A DNA stretch of 64,000 nt. Origin: Bilabrum cf. latius (Eukaryota). The DNA is taken from assembly GCA_965178125.1 (NCBI GenBank), contig OZ237740.1:1116001-1180000 (forward strand), in the 5' to 3' direction. The translations under genes were made by a program, and so were the position numbers. Positions within the stretch are counted from its first letter, which is position 1. The number at the start of each line of letters is the position of its first letter. Below are positions 10,566 to 23,370 of this stretch, in pieces. The notes under the pieces were generated by a model. The model was given only the letters and a program-made list of their open reading frames with translations, was not told the DNA's origin and did no database searches.

Positions 10566-13500
10566 ATGGATCGTTCCTAGGGCAGGCTCGGCCATGCAGG
10601 CCTTGTGGAATCGGATCTTCGAGCCCTAGCGACGGAAGCTGCCAGATCTCACCCGGCCGTGAAGGAAGCTGCGGAGCGTGCTCTCCTTAAACTTCGCTCC
10701 CAAGCATAGAAATAGGGACAATCAAAGCCAGGATCCGCTACTGGAACCCGATCTGGCCTTGGAATGCCCGCGATCCCGGAGCTTTCCAGGCCCTTTCTAC
10801 TTGCATGCAATCACCCAGATGCAGCACCCAGCCTTTTGGTTCGATCGCTATCCGCATTGTAGCGATTACTGTCACTTTAGGCAGTAGATCCTGCAGCAGA
10901 GTCAAATGTGATGCAGATTTTGTGGAAATTGGGTTCCAACGAGGACGCAGGCGTTCGAGTTCGCGTGATGCAAACGCTTCCAATGCTACTGCAGGGAGGT
11001 AGCAGGGCAGATGGGGACGAAGCTGCTGCTTTACGCGCAGCACTAGAGTTGTGCCTTAAGCTCCGGGGCTCTACTTCGCCCGGCATACCGACTTCTGGGA
11101 GCCAGGCGACCCAGGCTGCAAATGCGGCAGTCCACGCAACTGCCGAGGCCACGTTGCGCTCGACCATCGATGCGGTGTTTGAGCGGGCTGCATCCTCCCT
11201 GATGCATACGGGAGAACAGCAATATCGAACCAGTGACGCCGCAGACCAGCCACCTGCGCCGCCCAGGGCTGCCCCGAAGGCCTCGGCAGCTGCCAAGGAC
11301 GCCGCGGGCGGGGGCGTCCTTGGCACAGCCACCCTCCTTCTCAGAGACCTCGCGCTCGCTGCACGGGGCTCCAAGCCACGCTGGCTGCAGCGCGCAGTGC
11401 CCAGCCCCAGCGCCGCCCTCGCTCTCCTCGTGGGGGTCCTCGACACGCACACGGAGGTGCTGAGGCGCGCCGCGCCGCTTCGTGCCGCGGTGGCCGTGGC
11501 AGTCGTGCCAAGCATTACGCACGTGATCAAGACGGAGGGCGGCACCACTGCATCCCTCGAAAAGGTCGCTCTCGCTCTCAAAGCTGCAGTGGCAGTCGTG
11601 AGAGGCATATGCGTCGCGACAGCCGAAGAAGCGGAGGAGGAGAGAATCGGCGATGGTGCCGATGGTGCCGATGGTGCAGACCCAGGGCAGAGTGCTGCTG
11701 GCCGCAGCGCTGGCAGCGGCCCTGATGAACTAGGTAGACAGCAAGAAATATGCACCGTTGTGTTGCTGCCTAGCATGGAACGAGCGGCGCGCGCCATCCT
11801 GCTCGACCTAGCTGTCTGCCTCCGGCTGGCGGCAGCACGGACGCAAGGCGGTCCAGTGGCAGCGGAGGAGGCCGCGTATTGGCGAGACAGGGGCATCGCC
11901 GATTCGGATGATGACGAGGAGAGACTGGCCGAGGAAACGAGTGCTCACGCTGGGGCCACTTCGGACGGTCGCGGCGGCAGGCTGTCCGGCGATTCGTCGG
12001 TCGGTGAGGTCGGCAGGTTCGGCGACCGAGCCGCGGCCTTGTTGAGGGCAGCTCGAGCCGCGGTCTCTGGGCCGGGGAGCGGCGTGGGCGGGGCGGACTC
12101 TGCTGGTGTCCCAGTCGCCTCATCGGACGGAAGGGGCGTGGGTACGAGCGCGGCGCGAGGCCATTCGACGGGTCCCCTGGAGCTGCACTCCGACGGTGCT
12201 GAGCAGCACGCGATGATGCAGCACTCCGAGCCCAAGAGCGGGCTGTGCGCGGAGGCGCTCAGGCTGTGTCTCCTGGACCCCAGCTGCACCAGGGCTCTCG
12301 CGACCAGCTTCGACGGCAGAGGGGTGCCGGTGCTGGCGGCAGTGTGTCAGTCTGCGGCTGCGGCTGCCGTGGCCATCCCAGCGTGCAATGCGGCAGAGGG
12401 CGACGCAGACAGCGCGCTTCTACTATCATCTGCGCTGGTGACAGAGGCCCGTGTTGCAGCCGTGGCAGCATGGGAGGCAAACAGGAGACATGCGTGGCCG
12501 GCGCAGGGTGCGCTGGGGGATGCGCTGGCCGCGGCGTGGAGCTCTGGGGGTGGGGCAGGCAGTGCGGCACCTGCTGGCTGGTTGCCTGAATGGAGCGGGG
12601 AACCCGTGTCCCCGGAAGCTCTGGAGGCAACTGCGACCGCGTTTCGGCGCTAGCGGGCTGGCACGTCGGTTTTGCTTGCCAGAGCCGCGGGGGAGGCACA
12701 GCAGATCACGGGCAGGGCACGGTACGCGAGTGCCGTCAGCGCCTCTTCGTCCAAGGCAGTGGGGAAGGAGGGTGCCAAGGGCAGGGGAGGGGCTGGCTCA
12801 AGGGGTACTCCGGGCTCTGGCAAAGCACGGGGGGCTAGATCGCCCCGCAGCCCATCCCGGGAGGACTTGGACATGTCTCTGGTAACGCCGCAGGCCGAGG
12901 CCGTGTGGGCGTGCGTCGCGCTCGTGGCGAGCGTGGCATCCGCGGGGAACTTGTTACCAGGCGAGGAAGCTGAACCTGCACTGGATGCAAGCAAGCCGTC
13001 GGCCAGGCAGCACGCGCTCGCAGCGAGCTGGCGGGCCTGCTGCCTTCTGTACGGTTACGCATCGCAGTCGCTGGGAGGCGGTTCAGTGGAGACGCTGTCG
13101 TGGCTCTCGAGGAAGTGGGAGAGGCTGGTGGCCTCGCTGGCAGCAGCGGGCCTCGCGGCAGAGCGTGATGCTGCTGTGCTCGAGCTATGCCGAGCATCGG
13201 TGCCCGTTTGGAGACCGCAGCCGGCTGCGGCGCAGTCTGCGGTGCGAGTGATTCAGCGCATGGGTGAGCGTCCCTTTAGCTCAAGTCCTATCTTGGTGCC
13301 AACGGCCAGTGGCCGCATGTCGTCGAGGATTGCTCGGTCCGGTGGCGGAGTTCTGCTTCCTTGCGCCCCCGTTTCGGCCGGAGGCGACGGGGGCGGTGCG
13401 GGCAGCTGGTAGGACCGCCCCCCTCCCACTGCCAGCGACTCCAGGCTGCTGGGCACGAGGCATGTGGCCTGCTTGCGCTCCCTCCTGCTACTAGCGCACG

Positions 13501-16500
13501 GGACCGGTGAAGCGCTCGGACTTGGCTCATGGGTGCTGGTCTGCGATACTGCGAGGAGTGCGTCTCAGCTGCTAGCTCATGCGGGCGTGGACCTGCCGAT
13601 CGTGCCTCCCCGCAAGTCTGTACTGGATCGATTTGACGGCGGCCGGGACGCCATGGACCCAGAGGACGCCGCCGCGGCCCAGTCGGCCCTTTCGTCGATC
13701 GGCAAGCGCGCCAGGGATCAGTTCAAGGGGGCGCTATCCAGGCATTGTGCCTCGCTGGGAGGCTCCTTGCGAGACCAGGGCGCGCCTGCAGGGTGCCAGC
13801 TCAGCGACTTGGACACGGTGGCAACAGCGGTGGCCGGGCTGGCCGCGGCCGTGTCGTCACAGCCGGTCGGGGTGTGCGCGAGAGCTTGCTGGGCACTGGC
13901 TGCACTGGCCATCGACTCGATCGAGGGCGAGGAAACCGAGCTGCAGCCGAGCGACGAGGGCACTGAGGGCGAAGAGATCGGTGGCAGGAGCGGGTTCGGG
14001 GTAGTCGAGAAGCGCGGGGAGCTGGGGCGGGATGGAGTGGGCCGAAGCGCGGTCGGCGCTTCGAGAGGCAGCCCCGAGCAGGACAGCGGGTGGTTTGGCG
14101 GGGCTTTCAACACGGTGGCTCAGCTGGCTGCCACTGCACTGACGTTTGCTGGCGGGGAAGAGGGCGTTGCCGATGGCGACTAGACGGATCCAAATTCGCT
14201 GGGACGCCCGCCAAGCATCAGCTCTATGGTGCAGCGCGTGGACGAGATCACGACGAGTGGGGGCAGTGCGTGGGACGGCAAGAGGAGTGCGGAGGCTGTG
14301 CTTGCGACGGAGGACGCGTTCGGTGCATCAGCAACCGTGCTTGCCGCCTCACGCGGCGGCACGGGCGGGAGTTCGCGCGCTGGCAGCAGCCTGCAGGACT
14401 CGAACGACTCCTAGCATGGTACCCGAGGAATGGAGGGCGGCGATGACAGTGCAAGCAATGGTCAGTCGTTATCGGACACGCAGGACACGCAGGCAGACCT
14501 GGCCGCCGCCGTGATGCTGTGGCAGAGGTCCGCGTATGCACCCCTCAAGGGAGCCCCGCACCTGTCGCTGGCAGTCCTCATGGACACGGTGAGTCGCTGT
14601 CCCAAACATCTGACGGCCAACTGGCCTGCCCTCGAGGCTGTCTTCGTCCGAGGTGTGCTGGCCAGCACCGCGACGACGAGAGCCGTGTCCATCGGATTCG
14701 CGGGCGACGTGATCGCGGCGTGCGTCTCTACGCAGACGGGCCCGCCGCCGCTGCCAGGTGGGTTTGCGCGCTCGGAGCGCTTGGCAGCTCCCCTCGCCGT
14801 GGCGTGGCGAGCGTCTCTAGGGAACAGCAGGTCGCAGGTATGCGTCGCGCTGAGGCGCCTCGTGGAGGAGGTGGGGCACGCGCTGCATGCCGAGCTGCAT
14901 CGCGACGAGAACGAGCCGGCCACTGGGGGCGAAGCGGTGCCTGTGGCGAGCGGCGAGTCGGATGGGCTGTGGGGCGTGATCCTGCCCCTGGTCGCGCAAG
15001 CTGCCTCTGGTGAGCTGGGAGTGACGCAGGCCGACCAGGGCCTCCTCGAGGCGGCGGGTCGCGGGCACGACGCAGCGATCGTGGATGTGCGCCGGCGCCG
15101 GTATTCGAAGGATGCCTGCGACGCCGCTACTGCAGCAGACATGGATGAAGATGGCGCTGCGTGCGTCAAGCTCCTGGAACGAACTGAGCGCGATTCCGAG
15201 CTCGCGGCCGGACGCTTGACGGCCTCTCATGAGGCTGGTGCCGACGGGTTGGACGAGGGTGAAACAGCTCCCTCCCAGGTGCCTGTGCCTTCAGTACTGC
15301 TTCATGCCGCTGCGTGCCCCGCGCTAGCTTTAGTGCAGTCTCGTGGTGCTGCTGCAGAGGTCATCAAGTGTGCGGGCGCCCGAGCAGATTCGGACTCGGC
15401 GACTGCAGTGGAGCACCTGAGGGATGCCTCGGGATTCTCGTCTCCGACAGCCTGGTGCGGGGCAATGCGCGGAGAAACGGTGGCGTCAGCCATTGAGGAA
15501 GCCAGCCAGCGCGTCGCGGCCGTGCGCAAATCCGCCACCATGCGATCGGCTGCCGCTATCTCCTCCGACGGCAAGGATCCGGCCCGCGCTGCTGCAATGT
15601 CGTCCTCGCTGCAGGTGCTTCGCGTCGCGTGCGGGGAGCGTCGCCGCGCGCTGCCGCCCCGCTCGATAGGAATTGCTGCCATTGCCTGCGCGGCGCTGGC
15701 GCGGCAGCGACGCAACATGACCGCGTCTCTTGGTGCGCTGGATCTTCTGCAGAATCTGAGCGACGAGACTGGCCGCCGGCTGAAGGGCTACCGCGGTGTG
15801 CTGCAGGAAGGGCTGGATGCCACGGAGCAGGCGTGGGTGAGGATCCTTGCGTGTCTCAAAGGGCTCGTACTCGGCGGCGAAGGCGTGTCGCACGACCACG
15901 ACACGGTCGGTCCTGAGCTGGAGGGGCTGCCCCCAGGGATCGCAGACCTGTTGCGGCCCCCGGAGGCATCGATTCGGGATGCAGCAATGACGACCGCGTG
16001 CTCCGGAGTAGCCGCGCACGGCCCGGCCATGCGTCCGCAGCTTCTTCGTGCCAGTTTCAAGGGGAGGAGCGGGCTGCTGACCACCTGCGTGAGCGTGACG
16101 GCAAGCGCCATCGAGGCCCTCGAGAGCAAGGAAGCTGAGGACGGCGGGTCTGCGTCGAAGATAGCCAGGCAATCGGCAGAGACACGGAAAGGAACCACAG
16201 TCACGCACCACAGCCTCAACTCGGGAGTCAAGCAGTGGGCACAGACCCGGTCCCTGTCCCTGCGGGGAGCGACTAGAGCCGTGAGCGCTTGCTGGCCCGC
16301 GCTAGAGGCAGCACCCTGGTTCTCTGACGTCTGGGGCCAGCTCCTGGCTCTCCTGGAGCGGGCCGTTGTCGGCAGGTACGGCAGCGCCTCTGGGCTGTCA
16401 CACGGACAGCTAGCCAAGCTAGGCAAGGAGATCAAGGCTGGTGAAGTAAGCAGAAAGCTAGGAGTTGGATAGACTTGTGTCGGTTGCCTGGAACGGCTAG

Positions 16501-19487
16501 GTCTGCTGGTTTGCTGTCCGAACGGTGTGGGTGCTCCGCTGGGTGGCTTGGCCAAGGGTGGTAGGATGAAGGTGGTGGAAGGGGCGCTCGTTCGTGTGGC
16601 AGACAGCGAAGACGATGACGATGGTAGCAATGACGAGGCAGACGGGGATAGTTCCGCGCGAGCCGGTGAGGATGGGGACGGCAGCGACAGCGACGGGGAG
16701 TTTGGTGCACTTGAGACCGATGGAGAAGGGGCCACGGAGGGCCTGCTGGACGGTGGCGCGCTTCCAGACGCGACGCGTGCAACATCCCAGGCCCTCATAG
16801 AGAGGCGCATCCTGTTGTGGCGTGACCTCGTGTCTGTGCTGGCAGCCGCGGCAGCCAGCGCTAGCGTCGCATTGAGCAAGAGCGAGGATGTGGGCGCTGC
16901 CCTGCTTAAGTCCATTGGCAGCCTCATCGGGAGCCGAGCGGCGAGCGGAGCGGCTGCGACGGCAGGGGCTGGCGCTGCAGCGGGGGTCGAGAAAGACCGG
17001 TCAGCGAGCGGCTCTGCTCTGCTGGCCACAGCCGGCGGCATCGATGTGGGCGATACACCCATCAGCCAGGGCCGTGTGGGCGCTCTGCTCCGACTCGTTT
17101 GGGTGGTGATCGCGACGAGGCGAAGGGCGCGATGGGCAGAGGCGAATGAGGGCCGGCTGCTTGCCCCTGCAGCGTCGGGTGCATCATCCTCGAAGAAACG
17201 TAAGTCGGCCGAGGCCGTCGCAGCAGCTGACAACGTGCTTGTATGGGAAGAGCTACGGAGTCCTAGCGTTGGCACTGCATCTAGCCTGGATCGGGCTAGC
17301 ATGCGCTGCCTTGACGCTGCCTTGCGTGCGATCGGAAGACACACGGGAGCTATATTAGGAGGCTCTGATCCCGGTGAGGGAGTGCCAGACGAGCTCAAGG
17401 ACGTGTGGGAATCGACCCTTCGGCTGCTGCTCCGAGTTGCCACTGGTGGGGAGCAAGCGTTCGCCCCCGTCGCGACTGATCCTGAGTCAGACCAGGTGGC
17501 CCCGCGCAGGGACGGGTCCGTGCTTGCCCTGCCTGCCTCGGCCCTATCGTGCTCCGCGCTGCGAATGCTCAAGCAGATGCAAGCTGCAGATCGGATGCCG
17601 GATGACGCGAGCCGGGAGGGGACCGCCAACCCGCTCTGGTGCCCGACCTGGGCACTCAATTCCAACGGGTGGCAGCGGGCGATCGCACGGCTGGCCCGCC
17701 TGGCTTCCGGCTTCAGGGCCTCTTCTAAAGCAGCCCTGGACGCGCTGTCTAGTGCGCAGGATGCTGGTGCGCGGAGAGCAGCGGCCATCGCACGAGAGTC
17801 CAAGTCCTCAGTTGCCGGACTTGGTCTCAGGCTACATGACCTGGCAGTGGAGACCGGCACAGTCGCGGCTGCGTTGGATCCTGCCCAGGAGACGGGCTCA
17901 AGCAGACGGGAGCTGCTGGTGCTTCCACTTCGCGCGTGGGGGGTGGGGCTTGGGGGTGCCTACGGGACGAACGGGGGGGGGTAGCCTAGCGGTGGCCAGG
18001 CCGGGCCGGCGTCAGGCAGCAGCGGCGGCAGCGGCCAGCGAGGAATCGTTGCCGATGCGGGCAAAGCGAAGACGGCCATTCGCCACACCCGGGAAGGGGC
18101 AGCCTAGGCTGCCGAAGCGTTGCTGTCCATGGCCAAAGCAGGAACCACTGCTGAGGAAGCTCGCATGGTGCAGGTGGTGTCGGCCTCGGGGCATGGGAGC
18201 ATCGAGTCCGGCACGGCTGCACCGAGCCTGCTGCGGCCGCTGCAAGAGGCCACTGAGCTGCTGGTGGGCTGGTCCATTGCGGATCACCCCAGGTCTAGGG
18301 TTGCAGGGGTATCGCCTTCTGCGGGGGCACCCAGCCCAAGCGGTGTGACGCCGCCGACCCTCCCAGATGCAGCTGGATCGGTGCCTTCGCAAGGCAGCCG
18401 TGCCGGGTCCGCGCGGGAGAGCGCGTCGGGTTGCCGCCGGTCCCACGGGGCTGCACTCATTGCTGACAAGGACATGTGGGCAGTGACTGCTCGAGCAGAA
18501 TCCGATGCGAAAGCTAGGGCATCTGCGCCGACGTCGCCGGAAAAGCCCAGTCGCCGGCTCTCCGCGATTCGATCGCCCACTGCCTCGTCCTCATCTTCGT
18601 CCTCCACAGCGCTCGCGGCGCTCCGGCCAGCCCTTGAACCGACCGTGTACGTGACACCGAACTATGCACACCGCGTGTACAGGGGCATCGGGATTGCAGT
18701 GGCTGCCAGCGCGCTGGGCTGGCCGGTGCACCTCGAGGGCGCCGAGGAGGCGGCTGCTGGCTCGGGCGCTTCCATCCGGCATTCGGCTGAAATGGGGCTG
18801 CTGCGGCTCGCGGCAGAGGCAGTGGCGCGAGAGTCTAGCGTGCTAGCGGTTGGAGAAGGCCTTACGTCCCACATGGAGAGGCTGCTTGGGCTGGTTGCGA
18901 CTGGGGCGTCGGGGCTGACTGTCGACGCGCCCCAGGGGTCGGAGCTCGCAGTGAGCCCCACAGCCGCGGCTTCTGGCTCGCAAGCAGATGCGGCGCAGCA
19001 CTCTGAGGACCTGGCACTCTGGGAGAGGCGGAGGTAGTTCGGGAGGGCTTGTCTAGGACACTGGATCGGCATCGGAGTGCGGGCGCGGGGCCACGTGTCC
19101 AGAGCTGCGTGCACAGGGGTGCGAAGGAGCGTGGCCAAAGTGCTGCGGAAGGCGTCTGTGATCGAGGAGACGGTGCTTCGAACCATCGGTGCGGGGCAGG
19201 CACCTGGCAGCTGGGGAAGGGCAGACCCACCAAAGGGCCTGTGCGGCGTCGAATGCGTAGACGTGATTTGGCTTTGCTTGCAGGTAGCGCACATGGAGAG
19301 TGCTGCACGGGCCCAGGACGGCAAGGGGAGGGGTCGCTCGCGGGAGTTCTTCGAGTCTGAGGCCGGAGATGGCAGAGCTGATCTGTTTCGTGCGGCGGTG
19401 CGCTTGTCGCAGTCCAGTGCGGTGCCGCTTGTCAGACATGCTGCGGGGGAGCTGATGCTCGCGCTCACGGTGGGCAGGCATGAGTAA
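10566..19487 (+). CDS. MON2: MON2-like HEAT/ARM trafficking protein (~2973 aa, no intron needed)
   Basis: An 8.9-kb frame broken only by 13 TAGs and ending at TAA 19485-19487. N-terminus SDLRALATE..HPAVKEAAE..RPFLLAC..SAL[TAG]RLLS and C-terminal HHSLNSGVKQWAQT match MON2 motifs. Confidence 0.88.
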
Positions 19488-19596
19488 CTTACAAGCAGCA
19501 CAGCTGGCTTGAGCGACGTATAATCTTATTTTAGTTGCCTTCAGCAAAGCCTTTTTCACTAATTCCCCTCCTTCAGCACGCTACAGTGCACTGCAC

Positions 19597-22500
19597 TCAC
19601 ACGCAGCCCACCGCCACCGCGAAGCGGGGGGCCGTCTGGACAGAGCAAACCGAAACTCCAACCGGCGCCCCGCATCGAAACTGTACCAGGCCCTTCCAGA
19701 GGGTCGTTCCCAGCAGTAGCTTCCCGGCCATGTCGCCTTCCGTGGTACTGTGCTTCAATATCTCGACCCTGTCGGGCGAGCGGCAGCTCTTGCTCGCCGC
19801 TGGCGCAGCTCCATGCGAGCTGGCGTCTTCGGCCCTCGCACACTTGACTCCTGCGCGTACTGCCACAGTGACGACCCCAAGCTCAGGAACACTCATTACG
19901 GGCACCTCTGCCCCTTTGGCATGTGCTTGCCGCCGCTGATTGCCCCTTCTGGCGACTCTGGCAAGCAGCCTTCCCGTTTCATCGTGCAGCGCCGCGTGAG
20001 ACAGTCCTGCCATGCTGTCGAGAGGCACGGATCCATCCACTTCTGGAACTGTTTCCAGCGCGTCGGCTACCGCCTCGCAGCACGCTTTGCTGGTCTGCAT
20101 GCGAATGATGGCTTCCCCGCGTCCGGATGCCATGCCCGCGCACATGAGCTACGGCATGGGGTCTTGTCCGCCGGCTCTGCCTGCATCCAAGCGGCTGGAG
20201 CTCGCGCTCGAGCCGGCTGCACTGGATGAAGAGCTCTGCGGTACGTCGGACGGGCCGGTGTTTTCATCCTGCCTCCCAAGCAGGTCAATGACATCGATGT
20301 ATGTGCCGGCACCATAGATAGCAGCGCTGCCGATCCGACCAGAAGGCTTGAGAATGTGACCGCCGCTGCTGCTCGCGACTGCCATGACACCGTCAAGGTC
20401 GATGCAGGTGACTCCCACCGTATCAAGGCGACTATCGCGGTGCCGGTCAAGCTCTGCGTTAGCTTGTTTAAGAACCTCAGAGCGCCGCTTCTTGCGGCGC
20501 TGATCTGCGCAATCAGTCTAATGCGGACCGCGAGCATCGCACCGAGGACGCTTGCGTCCAATGGCATGCCCACTGGATGAATGACCCCGATCTTCAGATC
20601 CGTCAACGCAGCATCCGCGCACGGCTACCTGGCTGCATGGTTGTTCCGTCGGACCCAGAAACTCGAGCTCTCTGGCCCTGGGCCCCACCCTCTCTGCATC
20701 CACGATGGAGCGGTAGTGCCTCCACGCCCTCACGGCATCCGTCTCGGCGGAGGACTGCGCGCAGGCATCACGCGTTGTCCTAGCAGATGAGTGCGCGTAT
20801 GGATCTTGCCCGACACCCTCGCTGCCTGTATTGCGGCGCATGTGCACGTCGATGATAGCTACTCGCGGTGAGCTGTGAATCACTCCTTCGTCCTGAGCTT
20901 CGACATCTGGAGCACAAATGCTCAGCTTGCGGTTCGTGTCAGACCCCATGACCTGCTCCATTGATACCCTGCCGTGTCCGCCCAGCTTCCACTCTTCTGA
21001 ACTGCAATCGCTGCTGGCCGCCAGTGCCAGCGTGTCCATGCTGCGGTCTCTGGCTTGGCCAACAAACCCACGCTAGGCAGTCGCGCCGAATCTGCGCTGG
21101 ATGTGCCGCTCGTGCTACACCCTCAGTCGCTCGGCTTGCCTCCAGGGCTTCCATCGAGAGTCGGGCTTGGAATTGAGCCTGACCATGGCGTAGGGCAGCT
21201 ATTGTGGAACAGGCACTTGCTAGCTGCTGCTCGTGCTGCAACAGGCTCTCGACTTTGCCGGGCCCATGCGGGGCGGAGACTCTGCGTGCTTGGCTCTTGC
21301 TTTCACACCGAATCCGAGCGCTTCGCTGCGGGCAGTGAATGCAGATGGACTGACCACGGCCTCTTCAATGTCAGTGTTGTGCTCGTCAGCATCGCTGTCA
21401 GAGTCGTTGCCAAGATGCACTGCGGACGTCCGTGACAATGCAGTGCTCGGCCAGGCTGTCGTGCTCTCGGTGCGGGCACGGCCTCGCTGGGACTGCGACT
21501 GTTTCGGCACGGGGCTGGGCCCATCCGCTGCAGGGACCATGCCTTGGTTGAGCCGCCAGTGCCTCGAGGCTGCTCCCCTCGATGCCGCCGCCATGGACAC
21601 GATGCTGGGCATGCTCGACGCAGATCCATCGCCTTCAGAGGCTGTCCCGTCTTCAAGAGCCTATGAATGGAACCGCGGCACCTGGACTCGCAGACCCGCG
21701 ATGGAGCCGGCTGCGCTTGAATCGGTGCAGGACCCCGTGTTCCCCCTCGACCTCGACCTCGACCTCCTCTGCTCCCTGGACCTGGATCTAGATCGCGAAC
21801 GCGACAGAACGCGGGGCTGTCTCTCGCCTATGAACTCCTAGTAACGCCCATGTCCGAGGCCCATACGAGTCCCCGGATGGAACGAATCTGAGGAATGGTA
21901 TTCCTGCGCTATGCTGACGCGCTTGGCTGGGCCCCGCCCAAACCGAGAGGGGGCGCCACGATCATCCGATCTGGCCTATACTGCATCTCGCCAACGGCTC
22001 GCGACTAAAATTTCATTCTATTCACGGTTATCTTGCTCCATGTCTGGCTGGCGTACTACCTTGGTCGTAGAACTACGCGCCGTGCGAGGTTGCTGCGCGA
22101 CCTCACGTTGCGACCGGCCTCCACTGGGAGAGCAAAGTGGCTATCCTTGGGCTTCCGAGGAAAACGATTGCCCCCCATTGCTATCAAATAGTACCTGTGG
22201 TGGTTGGCTTGCAGGTGTTGCTTGCATGCTCGACGGTTTCACGCTACTAGCACTACGGGGGCTTCCAAGATGTCTATGAGGTTCTTTCTTGTCGGCCTCG
22301 GCACCCGTCCGCGGACTGCGATCCACCGAAGCTTCACGATTACCATTCATATCGTAGCGAGACCGGTTTTTTATACTTTTTAGTGCTTCTGGGTCGCTGG
22401 TTCTGCAGCTGAGCCCGGTGAGGCCAGCGCTCAGGTTACTAACCTTCCCACTCAGTTGCCTATCAGGTGCCGTTCCATCGGTGCTGAGGCGGCACGGCTC

Positions 22501-23243
22501 ATCGCAGAGCCACTGCGCGCCCCTACCACAAACAAAAACAGGAGGTTCAAGCCCGTGGCTGGATGGGCCCTCTTGGGCTCGCCTCAAAACACGCAATGCA
22601 CCAGCGACGGGGTGCTTGCCAACAACCCCGGCAACAGCTCCAAACAGGCCAGAACGAGCGCTATTCGAGTCTGATACGCAAGCGTCCAACTCAGAAATCC
22701 CATCCTACGTTCCAATTAACAATGTGGGCTCCTTTAATATGGAAAATAGAGTTTTTTAAGGAATGGGTTGCATACTTTTGATCGGCACGTCACAGCGGTC
22801 AAGCAGTAGTCGCGCTCCAAAATGGGACTCACATAGGTCAAATTGCTTCCCTGAGGGCCGCAGTTGCAACATGTTTGCTATTCTAAATACTCTACAGTGG
22901 CTGTTGCAACATCGGCAGCTGGATGTCCTCTCTATAAGGCAATGAATAGTTGAACGCGAAGAAATCGGACACAATTCGCGCAATTGAGGTGGAAAACGAG
23001 GCAGATGTCACTCAATGCTATAGACGATATAATTGCTAGAAGTGGGGCCATGCCACACGGTTGGATAAGTACGATAGCCAGCTGCACGTGCCGCAGTTGC
23101 ACCTGCTCGGCGAAGATGGGCGCGTTCAAACTCACACGAATTAGGCTCTTTCCAATGGCTAAGGCGCGCCTTAATGTCTATAGCACCACTATAGAGCGCT
23201 CCGGGCCGCCGTCGTACCCAGCACCTGCGTGGATTGCTATCAT
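19597..23243 (-). CDS. TASP1: Taspase-1-like type-2 asparaginase-family Ntn-hydrolase with a large insertion (~1100 aa)
   Basis: Motifs IAIHAGAG, GSNLT, ELDACVSD, FGAVAGV..HPV, the autocleavage site LD/TVG, SSSGG..KPSGRIG.AAIYGAG and SGRGEAIIR. Introns 22932-23135 and 22705-22832, about 13 TAGs, TGA 19597-19599. Confidence 0.8.
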
Positions 23244-23370
23244 TTTGTCGATGTGATTCTGATGGATAAATATCAGATTTGTTCAATTATGTGTTGCGAG
23301 TAGTTTTAAATATTTGAAAGAAGAAGACAAAAATTCCATCCTAAACGCACCTCTGGACCTTGTAGCAAGA

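Noticed and set aside
15788-17860. Long antisense or alternate-frame ORFs (e.g. 690 aa here, 452 aa opposite DHX15)
   Set aside because: Shadow ORFs are expected opposite GC-rich genes, and they show no domain signal.
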